From Felis catus (taxonomy: Eukaryota): a DNA stretch of 64,000 nt. The position numbers were made by a program, and so were the translations under genes. The notes under the pieces were generated by a model. The model made no database searches. It saw nothing but the letters and a program-made list of their open reading frames with translations, and was not told the DNA's origin. Below are positions 46,956 to 59,512 of the stretch, piece after piece (the first letter of the stretch is position 1; each line of letters opens with the position of its first letter). Location of the stretch: contig NC_058368.1 in the NCBI RefSeq assembly GCF_018350175.1, positions 145,950,001-146,014,000 of the forward strand, read 5' to 3'.

Positions 46956-48639
46956 GAAACTTCCTATATGGCTTAAGGTTTCTAAGTGTATAAAAAGAGA
47001 AGTTACAAAGCTTTATGAAGACAAGCCCAGTAGTGATACAGTGTTGTTGCTGCTGCTATATTTTATTGGTTAAAGTGAGTCACAGGGCTAGTCCATATTC
47101 AAGAAGCATACATTGCCTTTCTAGGCTTAATGTAAATAACTTGCCATCTTGATTCATCAGGCCCCTTGAAATCAATGAAACTTTGGACTGTGTCCAACAG
47201 CCCTCAAAATATTCATGTGTTCTCCTTTCTGCAGAATACAGTCACATGGGGAAATTGCCATTGGCCCCACTGGGGAAGGAATTATCACTATAGAGTGATA
47301 TACTTAACATGATGCTGAAGGTTCTTCCTCCTGGGGACGTGGCTTGAAAACATTCTATTTAGGGGCCCAGCAAAGGGGATAAATTCCAAGAGGAATAACT
47401 CATTGAGAGCCACCATGGTCACAGACCAAAATACTCCAAAACTGAGCCCATCATTTCTTTCAGATTATTGGTGGGAACTCAGGTTCTATCCAATTCCAAA
47501 GGCCATGCCTTAAGTCACCTTCCTACACTGTGCAGGAAAGCACCTCTAGTATGAATCGAGGCCCTCCATTCTAGGCACAAACTTATCTCAGAGGTAGGGT
47601 TGCAAATTTGAGGTTAATTAGTACAAATATCCTTGGTCTCTTCTTGTGTGACCCTGTATTTCTGATTTAGGATTTTATTTGTGTTTTTGCCAGATAAGCT
47701 TTTCCCTGGTATCTACAGATGTGTAAATAGTTCTAATGTCTAGCTCCTATGTTACTTTACTTCTGTCTCCCATTTTTCTGTAATATTTTATAGGCTGATA
47801 GAAAAGGGAAAAACAGGAATGAACAGTTTTCTGTTTTCATAATTAAAAATGAGGGTGTAGTTCAGCACTTTGAGGCAGAAGTTGGTGAGGGGAGCCAGTG
47901 TGGAGAGGAGATAATGAGCTGCATAATTAGGAGACTTTTCAAATTATACACTTAGGTCTCTGATGAGTTGATAGAGAAGAGAAAGGGAAAAGTTTGAGGA
48001 CCATCATTAGTACTGTTCAATGGAGAACATATGGCCAATATAATGCTTATTTTCCCCAAATTTATTGGAAAATAGGGAATACTTATCCTTAGTTTTTATC
48101 TAAACCCTAATCATTTAATATTTTAAAATGCTTTTTTACTCACAAAGAATTTTGCAGAATCTGACCCTTAGCAGTTAGCATTAGCTATCATTGCTTTTTA
48201 TTGATTTTGTCTTGTGTCGGTACCTACCTGATAGTTAAGAAAAGCTAAGAAATACAATTTCTGGAAGTTTTTAGTACAGAAAGTTGTTTTAGCAGAAATG
48301 TGAAATTTGAGGAAAAACAAAAATATTTTCAGCACTCTGTTCATATCCCTCTTTAGATCTCTAAAATCACTTTGCAAGTTTTGGATCAGGGAGTTTCCTC
48401 TTTAATTTAATTTGCAAAATGACCTTAAGGCCAAGTGATTCTCTGGGTCAAATAAGCACTTAGTGAACTAGAAGTCCCTGGGTTTCCTGCATATTACCAA
48501 AGTAGCTTGAGGTTGTGTTCATGCTGAAAATCCACTGTCCTAAGTCTATTAGCATATCCCTGCCAGACTCAGAGTGAGAAGGTTCTCCTTGGTAGCTCAA
48601 AGTCCAATTCTAAATGGAACTCAAAATAAAAACAAATAT

Positions 48640-48860
48640 ATGATAATAGCTGATAAATGCTTGATAAAATATGAAAATATGCCTAATCCCTGTCATAATA
48701 AAAGAAATGGAAATTAAAATAACACCAAGACACTTTTTTTTACTATTAGATAGGAAAAAAACTTAAATATTCCTAATAAACAATGTTGAATACCCTATAA
48801 AGAAGTAGGCATTGTCATATATTGTTGCTAGGGGTATAAATTGAGTATTTTGAGATCCAA
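48640..48860 (+). mobile_element. Old L1M ORF2 3' fragment
   Basis: taataaaagaaatggaaattaaaataacaccaagacac..cattgtcatatattgttgctaggggtataaattg. Confidence 0.6.
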
Positions 48861-49294
48861 CCATTACTGTTTTTTAGAAGCTTTGTTTTCTAGAAAAACT
48901 TGAGAAGGTATTACTGCTCTATTACATAGAGCATTTCTACAATGCTATAATAATACTGTTTTATAATTTTATTCTGTAAGCAAGTTTTTCATAAAAACAT
49001 TTCTATTGCCCTGTCAATATAGAGTAGGCAAGTATTCTAAAATAAAATCTTGAGAATGAATTTGGAAAGGTTTAGATAATCATGCTAAATATGATCTCCC
49101 TTGCTTGTTTCCTTCCATCAAAAAAAAAAAATGTTACTTTTTCTTTCCACCTCTATGTATCCATATGTATGGCCCTGTCCGTCACTATAGACCTCTGCAG
49201 CAGATCCATGAAAATGACTAGATATCTTAGAATTGAATAAGCATGTTAATTTACTTACTGATTACCAGCCCAAGAAATTCAATAAATATTTACA

Positions 49295-49525
49295 AACCAT
49301 GCCAATATTTCAAAATTGGGAGTGCTCATATAAAAGTCCATATTTCTTTGCATTCTCAAACCAAGTCTGTATTTCCATATAGAATCAATATAGTAGAGCT
49401 GAGGAGCAGCTGAAGACTTTAGAATGGACTTGTACTGTCTAAACTGACACAGTCCTACCTACTCCTCCTTAGTCTTTCATTTTTTACCTACAGAGCCCAG
49501 GACCTTTCAGTTTGCATCTCTCACC
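49295..49525. mobile_element. hAT-Charlie fragment (MER102-like)
   Basis: gccaatatttcaaaattgggag..ataaaagtccatatttc..agagctgaggagcagctg..ctttagaatgg. Confidence 0.55.
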
Positions 49526-49906
49526 TAGCCATTTCCTCATAAAGTTGAGCCTAGCACATTTCAGTTTATATACCTAGATCTTGGGTGAATTGGAAGAGAT
49601 GGGAAAGAGGGAAGTTTGAAAAATTACTATTGTTGTCTTTTTAATCAAGAACATACATATTATACTTACTTTTTTAAAAACTGATCCCTGGAGAATACTT
49701 ATTCTTACTTCTTATTTCCAGCACATAGTATAGGTTCAATAAATGTTTATTTAATGAATAAAGGAAGATCAGTTGGTCAAAATACCTTAGTAAATAAACT
49801 GCTGAGTTCCTAGTCCTTCTAAGTCCACGTTTGCTCTTTATTGCAACTGAAAACCACTTCCACCAACACCACCGTTGATTAAAATCAGTACTAGAAAATT
49901 ATAGCA

Positions 49907-50270
49907 TGTGTATCAGGTAGGGTCAAGTGTAAGTTGCTATAACAAAGAGGCACCAATATATAGTGGCTCAAAGAACATACACATATTTTTCTTGCACATA
50001 ATAGGTACTTGGATAAGAAGGTCATTCTCTTCCACTCAGTCATTTAGGTAATCAGAGCAATTCTTTTTGCTGTACTAGATCATATTCAGGCACTTCCATA
50101 TCCTGGCATGCAAGTAAGGGAAGAGAGAACACAGACGCAGTATTTTAAGGTCAAGACTTGCCATTAGAGTCCCATAGGAGCTGAGGAAATACGTGACCTG
50201 GCTCTACAGCCAGGTGCCCAGCAATAACCCATTCTATCTTGATGCAAGAAGGGGAGAATGGAGTCTGATT
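49907..50270 (-). mobile_element. Old MaLR LTR (MLT1J-like)
   Basis: tgtatcaggtagggt..ttgctataacaaaga..tagtggctcaaa..ttccactcagtcatttagg..ggagctgaggaaatacgt. Confidence 0.6.
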
Positions 50271-50521
50271 CCATTAGATAAATATTCAAAGCAAAGACTA
50301 AACGCAGACAGTATTCAGTATTAAAATGAACTTCTGACTCATTAGAGGAAGTTCTTCAAGAATGCAGGCTTAGTGTTTGTGCAAGAGCGTGATGAAAAAA
50401 AAAAGAAGGTTACTTATGACAAAAACACTCAACACCTTCAGCCTGATACCACTCAAAGGGCTTGTGTTTCTTGGTGAGTGTCTATTTATGGTGCACTTTC
50501 AGATTCCTTTTGTAGTTTATT

Positions 50522-50710
50522 GGGAATTTCTCAATTTTGGCACTGTTGGCATTTGGAGATGGATAATTCTTTGTTGTAGGAGCTGTCCTGTCCATTGCAC
50601 CCTGAGTCTCTACTTGCTAGATGACAGTAATGCCTTCTGACCCCAACCTCCATTGTAGCAATCCAGGATGTCTCCAGACATCGCCAAATTGTCACCAGTT
50701 GAGAACCTTG
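50522..50710. mobile_element. MER20 hAT-Charlie transposon
   Basis: tttctcaattttggcactgttggcatttgg..ggataattctttgttgtagg..gatgtctccagacatcgccaaat..gttgagaacc. Confidence 0.85.
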
Positions 50711-51939
50711 GTTTAACTATGATCAGAACTGCTGGAAATATGGCAATTTTGATAAAACATACTTTACAATTAGCCTCTTTCTATGGATGCATGCTTAATA
50801 TCTACACATCTGTCCAGCTCATATTTGAGCAGTGTCACCACTACAATTGTCTTTTGAAAGTTATTTCTGTTATATTCTGTTAGCATTAATAGTTTTTTTC
50901 CATACTTTATATTAGATCATGCTGCTTCAAATGGTTTTAGACCTGGTTTATGAATCATGCTTGATAGCAAGGTTTAGATTATTAGGTTAAGTAAAAAAGA
51001 ATTTGCAAATGGTTCAATGGTGGCAAAAATAAGATGTTTATGCAGGAATGTAAATTATGTAGGATCATAAGGTTGTAAAGAGTTGGCAGCAGCTGTGTGG
51101 AGAGAAAGTTTGATTGCATATCAGTTGGGTTCATTGAATGGATTTCTACCTCAAGAGTGGAATTTGCCTAATCCTGTTCAAATCACTATTCATCTCTGAC
51201 AAAATAAAACATTTACTAAAGAAAGGTTAAAAGTTTTTTTTTCTACTTAATCTTTCTGCCTTTGAATTTAGACAAGTATTTGATTGTCAAAACACTAAGC
51301 TTGGTACAGCTAGGTATTCTGGCCTTAGGGGAGCAGGAAGTTAGTAAGAAGACTTAGCTCTGAGATTGTGCTCCTCCCCTCCCAATTCTGAAGGAATTTA
51401 AGGTAAAAAGAAATCTCCACCTGGTATTGAATAATATTTCTTTGTGGCTTTATCCTTTCAGATTCAGGCTGACTATAGGGCCTACTTTACCTAGGGAAAT
51501 TTTACATACCCACAGCTTTTTATGCCTGATTAGCCCTGTCTTACATCTCTTGAAAAACTTCCCTAGTTGCCACAGCTTATTGGATCAGCAGTGGACATGT
51601 GACCCCAAAACATTGAATTTCTGACAGTAACTTATGACCTTGTCTCATCCTAAAAGTGAGCTAGACCAATCATACTTCCTTTTGAGGATTTAATCTAGGA
51701 AATCTATAGTGAATGTTCAAGTTAATAAACTGCATAGAGGAATGGGCCATGAGACAGTCAAGATCTTAAGACAGACTCAGAACTATAAGGCATGATGCCA
51801 AACTAGCACCATGAATAAGAAAATCATCTATGAGTATACAGAAAGTAAATTTTAGAACAGATTTATTCAGGATAGAGGAAAAGAATTGGATTCCTCTCCT
51901 TTCACTAAAATTATTGTAAGGACTCCAGCAGAAGGTAAT

Positions 51940-52110
51940 ATTGTTTAATGGTTAACTATGTCAGGCTATGGAATCAGGCAGCCTAGGTTCAAATCACAGT
52001 GTTACTATTCAAGAGTTGAGTGTGCAAATTACAAAACTCTCTGTGCTGTAGTTTTCTTCTACCTCAGAACTTGGAGAGAATAAAACTGAAAGGAATTCTT
52101 GTAAAAATAA
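51940..52110 (+). mobile_element. MIR SINE
   Basis: taatggttaa..caggctatggaatcaggcagcctaggttcaaatc. Confidence 0.6.
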
Positions 52111-52657
52111 TTGTCCTCTTTGTGGGTGGGTCTCTGGATATGCTCACCTTCTTTTGTTCTAAGCCCTCAACATTGTCTGGGGCCTGCTGTTCCCCCCTAT
52201 TACTTTTCCAGTTCCTAGGTATGTTAAAAAACAAAAACTAAACAAAGGGCCCCCACCCATTATAAGTTACGAGCTGAGGATATTACACCCTTCTGGGAGG
52301 CTTTGGGGCAAGATGTCACTTTTTGGTATACTAACTGCTCAAAAATTCCCAGGTCCCTATGCAATACAGCTCCACTTTTCCCAGCCTTACCTCTTTTTTC
52401 CTAGAGAGGCAGTCCAGTCCTGAAAGATTTGTTGATTTCAAACATGTCTCTCTCGCAAAAGTTTCACAGTTCTGCTCACTATGTATCCCTTACCAGAATC
52501 CTCCATATGTCCTTCCTGTTGGCCTCTCCTGAACCATTTCCTCCCACAAGGTCTTCCATGAACCCTTCCCCGATCATCCTGCCCCTAACAAAGACTCCTT
52601 GGTCATGGGCTTCTGTCTCCATCTTTGTAGAGTCCAGTTTTAACAAAAATCTTGCTA

Positions 52658-52878
52658 GGGGCACCTGGGTGGCTCAGTCAGTTGAGCATCCAACTTCAGC
52701 TCAGATCATGATCTCACAGTCTGTGAGTTTGAGCCCCGCGTCAGGCTCTGTGCCGACAGCTCAGAGCCTGGAGCCTGCTTTGGATTCTGTGTCTCCCTCT
52801 CTCTCTGCCCCTCCCTCACTCATGCTCTGTCTCTCTCTCTCTCTCTGTCAAAAATAAATAAACATTAAAAAAAAAATT
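52658..52878 (+). mobile_element. CAN-SINE (SINEC_Fc-like)
   Basis: ggggcacctgggtggctcagtcagttgagc..gccgacagctcagagcctggagcctg; TSD core tcttgcta on both sides. Confidence 0.95.
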
Positions 52879-53166
52879 AAAGAAAGGTTCTTGCTAAGCC
52901 AGTCTAGCCAAAATCCCTTACCACAGTTTCTGATCCCCCTCCACATCTGAACAATTTCCTCATCCCCCACCATCCCCTAGGTATTATCTGATCACCTTGG
53001 CCTGCCTTCAGCAAGAATTCTCAGGTCAGTTTAGCAAAAAAAAAAAAAGAAAAGAAAAGAAAAAAAATTATCCCACCCTCTTAATAATTTCCCCTCTAGC
53101 GACTCTCTCATTCTGCTCCTTGGCTATAAATCCCCACTTTTCCTTTTTGTATTTCGAGTTAAGCCT

Positions 53167-53168
<2 letters not shown>

Positions 53169-53220
<52 letters not shown>

Positions 53221-53281
53221 TCCCTCTCTCTCTCTCTCCCTCTCTCTCCCCCTCCCCCTCCCCCTCCCTCCCTCCCTCCCC
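53169..53281. repeat. Pure pyrimidine (CT)n/(CCCCCT)n/(CCCT)n tract
   Basis: Seen directly. Confidence 0.95.
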
Positions 53282-53674
53282 TACTGTAAAACCCCATTGC
53301 GGTAATCCCTATGGCTATAATAGTCTTGAATAAAGTCTGCCTTATAATTTTAACAGGTGTCATGAATAACTTTTTCTTTAACACCCACATTGGCCTTGAC
53401 TTTCTCTAGTCTCACTGTGTATATACTCATTTCAACCATTATAAGCAATTTGTGGTGTTATTTTTGGTCCTTAGGGTCTGTGCCAAATCGTTCCACATTG
53501 TCCAGTATGGTGCCTCGGAACACTAGAAGTGTTAATAAATACCTGTTAGTTTTTCTGGGCATAAACGTAACCGTCAATTTTTCACAAGACTGGGCAGTGT
53601 GGTGGCTGAAAACTTCCCCAGAAACCTACTCAGAAGCTTTGTCAGTGACTTGTGGGAGCAGGGGAAGATCACCT

Positions 53675-54120
53675 TGTTGTAGGTTGAGTTGTCTGGAAAG
53701 CAAATTCTAGGATGGAAATGAATATGCAGGAGGGTTGTCAGGCAGTCTTCTTGGGATCAATGACTAGAGAATGGGAGGGAAGGAAATAAGATTGAGCAAA
53801 GAGAGGAATGGGGCTGGAGAGAAGTTACAGGGCCTGGGCAAGACCCCATGGGGGACACTAATGCCAGGATAATTCTTCAGACACTTCCCAAATGGGAGCA
53901 AGAGATTGAGATCTTTATACTCCCTCTCACTTCATTAGTTGTGGGCTTTTTAGATGTGGGCTGCCCTTAGAAGGGGCCACTCTCTTTAGCTGAAGCTAAG
54001 AGAATGCTGTCAGAGAGGGCTGACAAATGAGCTCTGGTTGCTGACAGCATGCCCAACAGGTGGGGTAATGTCTTTTAGTCCTGAAAGGTGATTTGGGAAG
54101 CATAGCATAGGGTCCCAAAC
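53675..54120 (-). mobile_element. ERVL solo LTR (LTR16-like)
   Basis: tgtaggttgagttgtctggaaagcaaattct..cttgggatcaa..gaccccatggggg..gatgtgggctgccct..agtcctgaaaggtgatttgg. Confidence 0.7.
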
Positions 54121-54214
54121 AGACCTCTGCAAAGACATGAGGATATAGAGGCTAGAAAGATCTCATCTACACTGGATCAGATAAGGGCCCTATCTGTGTC
54201 AGCTACTGGCTTTA

Positions 54215-54660
54215 GAACCTTCAGTAGGTTCTCTCTTGCCCATGTAGTAAAGTACAAACTCTTCTGCTGCCATCCGAGACCCACATGGACCTTTCTTTTG
54301 TTCTTCACAACCTCCAGTATCCAGAATTACTCACCTTTGGCATATGTTTTTACCTCTGTATTGAATACCGTTTGACAATCCAAGCTATGTCCATCCTAGA
54401 AGTCAAATGTTCTTCTCATCTTGTCCTTCGCTGACCCCTCACCCCAGCCTTGTCTACCAGTTCTTTCTGTGGTACACATAGATTGTTCATCTGCTCCGTT
54501 CATTTGGGCCCTTGAATATAACCTACTCTGTGCAACCATGTATCTGGGAGATGTATGTACCTTGCTCTGCCTGTGAGATCTTAAGCTCCTTGAGGGTGGA
54601 AATTGTGCTTATAAACCCAACATAGGGCCTGGTGCATCATGGTCATCCAAAATATATTGA
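54215..54660 (+). mobile_element. L2 3' fragment
   Basis: agaaccttcagtaggttctc..aaagtacaaactctt..taagctccttgagggtgg..agggcctggtgcat..ccaaaatatattgact. Confidence 0.55.
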
Positions 54661-56265
54661 CTCCTCAAACTCTGATGCACTTAGGTCAACTGTGTCGGAA
54701 AAAAAAAAAAAAACCCTTTGCTTCTTAAAAATGCCCATGAATGGGCCCCACTTAGCTCTCCTTATACATGGGTGCTCCTTCTTCAATGAGAATTTATAAT
54801 GCACAGCTCAGTAGACAGAAGAAAAAAGAAAAAAAACAAAGGATGAGGCCTTTGCTCAGATGTTCTCATTTACAGTATACTTCAGGACAGGAAATAAAGA
54901 CTTCCTGCCAATTCAAATGACATTATTTTTGTGGAAGCTTATTCACAGGCATGTAAAAAGACATGTGTACAAAATAAGTTAATCACATATAGCATAATTT
55001 GGTTAAAATTGAGTTCAAGTAAATCAGAAATTTTTGAAGAGTCAACAAAATTTCAAAATTCACAGTCATTTCCTGAAAGTACCGTCTGGCAAAATTGGCT
55101 TATCACCCCACTTTTAATGCACATATGCGATTTCCTGCTTACAGCATTTCCCAAAGGGATGAGAAAAAAAAATTTACAACTAGGGAAGTTTTATAAGAGG
55201 GATTATCTATAGTTCCTGAATAAGAAGACTTCTCCCTCTCCAGGCACACCTGCAGCTCCTAATAACCGACTTACGCAATTTTCCTCTCTACTTGAATCAA
55301 AATTGGCAATAAATGTTGTATATGTCTCACAGAGTGAATGTTTAAGCCTTGTATTTACTGGTTCATGAAACTGGTTCCCTCTAGTTTACCAGCATGGAGG
55401 GGAGAGTTTGCAGGGAGCAATTAGGGATAAGATAGCCAAAGAAACACAAAGTCAGTTGAAAAAAGAAATCTGTGTGTCTGGCCCTCTCTATGAATTATGA
55501 CTATTCAAGGGGGAAAAAAATCTGAACCTTTGCCAAAAGGCTGGCGTGTAAAGGGACAGCTGGAGTTTTCTGTTAAGGGTTACAATGCATTACTTGTTCC
55601 ATAAGGGAAACAGGGGATCACTTACCACAGCAGCTCACACATTGCATGAGACACTGGCACATCTCTACCTCGTGAAGCATTTTCTTCAAAGGAAAAGAAC
55701 TAGATATTTCAGGAAGGTCATTGAAGATCTTTGGGTACAGACATGCTGACCTTCCTGGTTGAGATTTGTAGCCTTTGTGGTGTGTGGACTGTGTCTCTAT
55801 AGATGCCTTCATTGTGCTATAACTTTTATACAGGATGTATTGTTTAAACTGCCAACCCTAATTCGAATTCCCTTAGAGGCTCAGGAAATTCTAACTAAAT
55901 CATATAAAACCCCATTGTGTTTTTCTTTGGTTGAGATGCAAATAACATTTTGAACAAGAACGTCAACAAATGCATAAATGTGGCGAAAGTTGGAACTTGC
56001 GCTGGAACTCTTAAAGTTTGAATGTTTTCAACATTTAAATACAAATGAAAAATAATGAAAAAAGAATGATAACCACATTTAAAACTCTTAGGAGTCAGGG
56101 ACTGCCACCACTGTCCTTGAATCTGTGCTCATAGTAGGTCTTTTTGTTTGCTTATCAGCCCTGAGAACAATGCTAGCCAGTATGGATTAAATTCAGAACA
56201 ACCCTCTCCACCAGGGTCAAGGCAGACACATGAAAAGAGTCACATCTTTTCCTAATGCTAGATTT

Positions 56266-57327
56266 GTTTGTTTGTTTATTTATTTATTTTTAAGGTATTT
56301 GAAATACACCTTTCTTCTGATTCTAAATGAAAAGGAATGGGAAGGACAGTGACAAACGGGATTTCACCACTGGATGTTGTGATACTACTATAACAGTCTT
56401 TTATTTGAAACTCAGGAAGGAAACAGCTTTGTACCAAAACAGCTAAATATGCAGGTCCATAAAATGAAGGTACTTTTGAAACTGCCACATTCACTCTGAA
56501 GCCCATTCATCTCCTTCAGCATTCCAAAGATGAAGCACATGTTCCACTTAGCTATGTAGCTAAAGTGGCACTGTGCCCCTGACATCACAGGACAGTTCAA
56601 CGTAAAACCAGACTTCTGATGCTGGGCTCCAGCTGCACTTTCTCACTTTCTCACAGGTTGTCATCCTTGCCCGGGAGAGCAGTTGTCTGAACAACCTCTA
56701 GATCATGCACATACCGTGCTGCCAAAACTGGGTCCATGACAGCCTCTGGCTGGGTGAGAGCAAACACCAAGTTAGGGTCTCCAGTTAGTCTTCTAGCAAG
56801 CCACAGGAAGGGCTGTTCAAAGTTGTAGTTACTTTTGGCAGAAATGTCATAGTACTAAAGGTTCTTCTTTCAGTGAAAGATAATAAACTTTGCTTTAACT
56901 TTCCTGTTCATAATGCCCACTCTGTTGCACATAGCACAATGGGGATTGTACATACTCGTACCAGATCTCTCTGCCAGTTGGTCACGTTCTTGTAGGTAAC
57001 CCTTGGTGTTGTCAAACATTATAATGGCACACTGGGCTTGTATGTCATAGCCATCTCTCAGCCCACCATATTACTCTTGACTAGCTGTATGCCATACTTT
57101 GAACTTAGTAGGTCCTCTGTTGATAAAGAACACGAGGGGATGGACCTCAACACCCAAGGTGGCTACACTCTTGTCAAACTCACCAGTCAGATGATGTTTC
57201 ACGAATGTAGTTTCCCAGTACCACCATCGCCAACTAATACAAGTTTGAAGAGAACTTGGGGTTCTCCTTGGGCAGCCATCATGCTATTCCTTCTAGAAGT
57301 GTTTCTGGCCTGTCTGACTGAGGCTCC
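56266..57327 (-). pseudogene. RAN: Processed pseudogene (retrocopy) of RAN GTPase; CDS remnant 57279-56651
   Basis: Minus strand reads [127 protein letters not shown]; no introns; RAN-like 5'UTR and 3'UTR; tail 56266-56291; TSD ctagattt at 56258-56265 and 57328-57335. Confidence 0.97.
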
Positions 57328-58304
57328 CTAGATTTAAACAAACAAACAAAAAACTTTTTAAAGGCTGATTGGGCTATCACATTCAGTGATCTGTGATCTG
57401 TTTATTATATGCAATTGGAGTCAATTTCCTACATTTCTAACATTTGTGGCAAAGTCTGACTCCAACTTGCTGTCTGAGCACATCAAAGCATATTAAATTA
57501 TCTCATAATTAATTTTCCTTAGAAAATTGTATGTTTAGTTGCTTATAACGCCTATGGAGAAGAAAAATAGGAATTGGTACCTTTAAATCAACTTTGAAAT
57601 ATTGGGGTGTCTGAAGCAAAGGGGGTCAGGTTGTAGGATTTATAGTAACAGCCTTCTGGAAGGCAGATAGCTAGAGATTCTACTTGGTTTTCTGAAGGGT
57701 GAGGCATATACCAGTGCTTGAGTCTTCTTGGGCCATGGCCTCAGCAATAAAGCTGTACTAATGGCTCAGATGTTGTTCAAAATCAAGGGCAACTCTGAAC
57801 CATAGTAGTGGAGAACAGGCCACTCACTTGCTGTTAGAAATTTCCTCACATATGTTTTAGTCCTCTAGCATTTGTGCTAAGATTTCAACAGAAAGAATGT
57901 GGATATATTTTCTAAAAGAGTTTTAGTTGCCTGAAGGATTTCTTATCATTTAAAATGTCTATTGGCAGATAAACTGAATAAAAAGAATTTCTTCTCACCA
58001 GTATGTTACAAAATTGTTGAATGCTCATATTAAATGATAAAAGACCTTAAAGAAAACAAGAGGAGCCCACATTGTATTTTATGCTCCGTTTGCTCAGATC
58101 ACATATTAGTGTTCCAGAAAGTGGCTCATTACCATTTCTATTGAAGAAGTTTCTTTCCACTTCATTCGCTAAATTTGCTTTCTTTATTATCCTACTGACT
58201 ACGGAAGTCTCTTCAGCACTTTTGTCATTGACCTTTTATTTTTGTTCATATCTTACTCTACAATATCATATGGGAACTTACTTGTCTTTAGAATGGTTAA
58301 TATT

Positions 58305-59157
58305 TATATTTTTATTGAAGTGTAATTAACATATGGTATTGTATTAATTTCAGGTGTCCAACATAAATGATTCAACAATTCTACATGTTATTCAGTGCTC
58401 ATCATGGTAGGTGTACCTTTAATCCCCTTTATTTATTTTATCTGTTTCCCTACCCACATCCTTTCTGGCAGCCACCAGTTTCTTTTCTGTATTTAAGAGT
58501 CTGGCTTTTTGTCTCTTTTTTTCTTTGTTTTTCATTTGTTTCTTAAGTTTTACATATGAGTAAAATCATATGGTATTTGTCTTTCTCTGTCCGACTTATT
58601 TCACTTAGCATCATACCTTCTAGGTCTATCCATGTCATTGCAAATGACAAGATCTTATTATTTTTTATGGCTGAATAATATTCCATTGTATGTATATACC
58701 ACTCATTCATTCATCTATGGATGGAGACTTGGATTGCTTTTATACCTTGACTGTTGTAAATAATGCTGCAGTAAACACAGGGGTGCATATATTTTATTGA
58801 ATTCGTGTTTTTGTATCCTTTGGGTAGATACCAATAGTAAAATTACTGGATCATATGGTATTCTATTGTTAATTTTTTGTAGGACCTTCATACTGCTTTC
58901 CACAGTGGCCGCACCAGTTTGCATTCCCAACAGTGCACAAGGGTTCTTATTTCTCAAAATCCTTACCAACCCTTGTAATGTCTTATCTTTTTGATTCTAG
59001 CCATTCTGACAGGTGTAAGGTGATAGCTCATTGTGGTTTTGATTTGCAGTTCTGTGATGATTAGTGATGTTGAGCATCTTTTCATGTATCTGTTGGCCAT
59101 CTGTTTGTCTTTGGAAAAATGTCTGTTCAGATCTTCTGCCCATTTTGAATTGGATTA

Positions 59158-59203
<46 letters not shown>

Positions 59204-59415
59204 GAGTTGTATAAGTTCTTTATATATTTTGGGTATTAACAGCTTATAAGATATATCATCTGTAAATAAATTCTCCCATTCAGTCAGTTGCCTTATTGTT
59301 TTGTTGATGGTTTCCTTTACTATGTAAAAGGTTTTAATTTTGGTGTAGTCCCAATAGTTATTTTTGCTTTTGTTTCCTTTGCCTGAGGAGACATTTCTAG
59401 AAAAATGTTTCCATG
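58305..59415 (-). mobile_element. 5'-truncated L1 (carnivore/L1MA-type 3' end) with internal (TG)n
   Basis: tttattgaagtgtaattaacat..atcatatggtatttgtctttctctgt..cattctgacaggtgtaaggtgata; ORF-track fragments IPYDPVILLL. Confidence 0.9.
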
Positions 59416-59512
59416 AGTAATCTATTTAATATCATAGAAAAAGAAAAAAAAAGCCCTTAATAGTTGTGTGAAAAATTATAGTTTACAATTGCAGTTCTTT
59501 TTTTAATCACCC

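Larger units (their letters stand above)
52586..53383 (+). mobile_element. ERV1 solo LTR (MER31-like) carrying a SINE and a CT expansion
   Basis: taacaaagactcc start; ctgatcaccttggcctgccttcagcaagaat; TATAAA 53125-53130; AATAAA 53329-53334; end tttttctttaaca; flanks cccc/ccca. Confidence 0.8.
52470..53550 (+). mobile_element. L2 3' fragment split by an ERV1 LTR
   Basis: tcttccatgaacccttccccgatc before the LTR and agtatggtgcctcggaacactagaagtgttaataaatacctgt after it. Confidence 0.5.

Noticed and set aside
57038..57331. 97-aa + strand ORF
   Set aside because: It is the antisense of the RAN pseudogene and has a non-ATG start.
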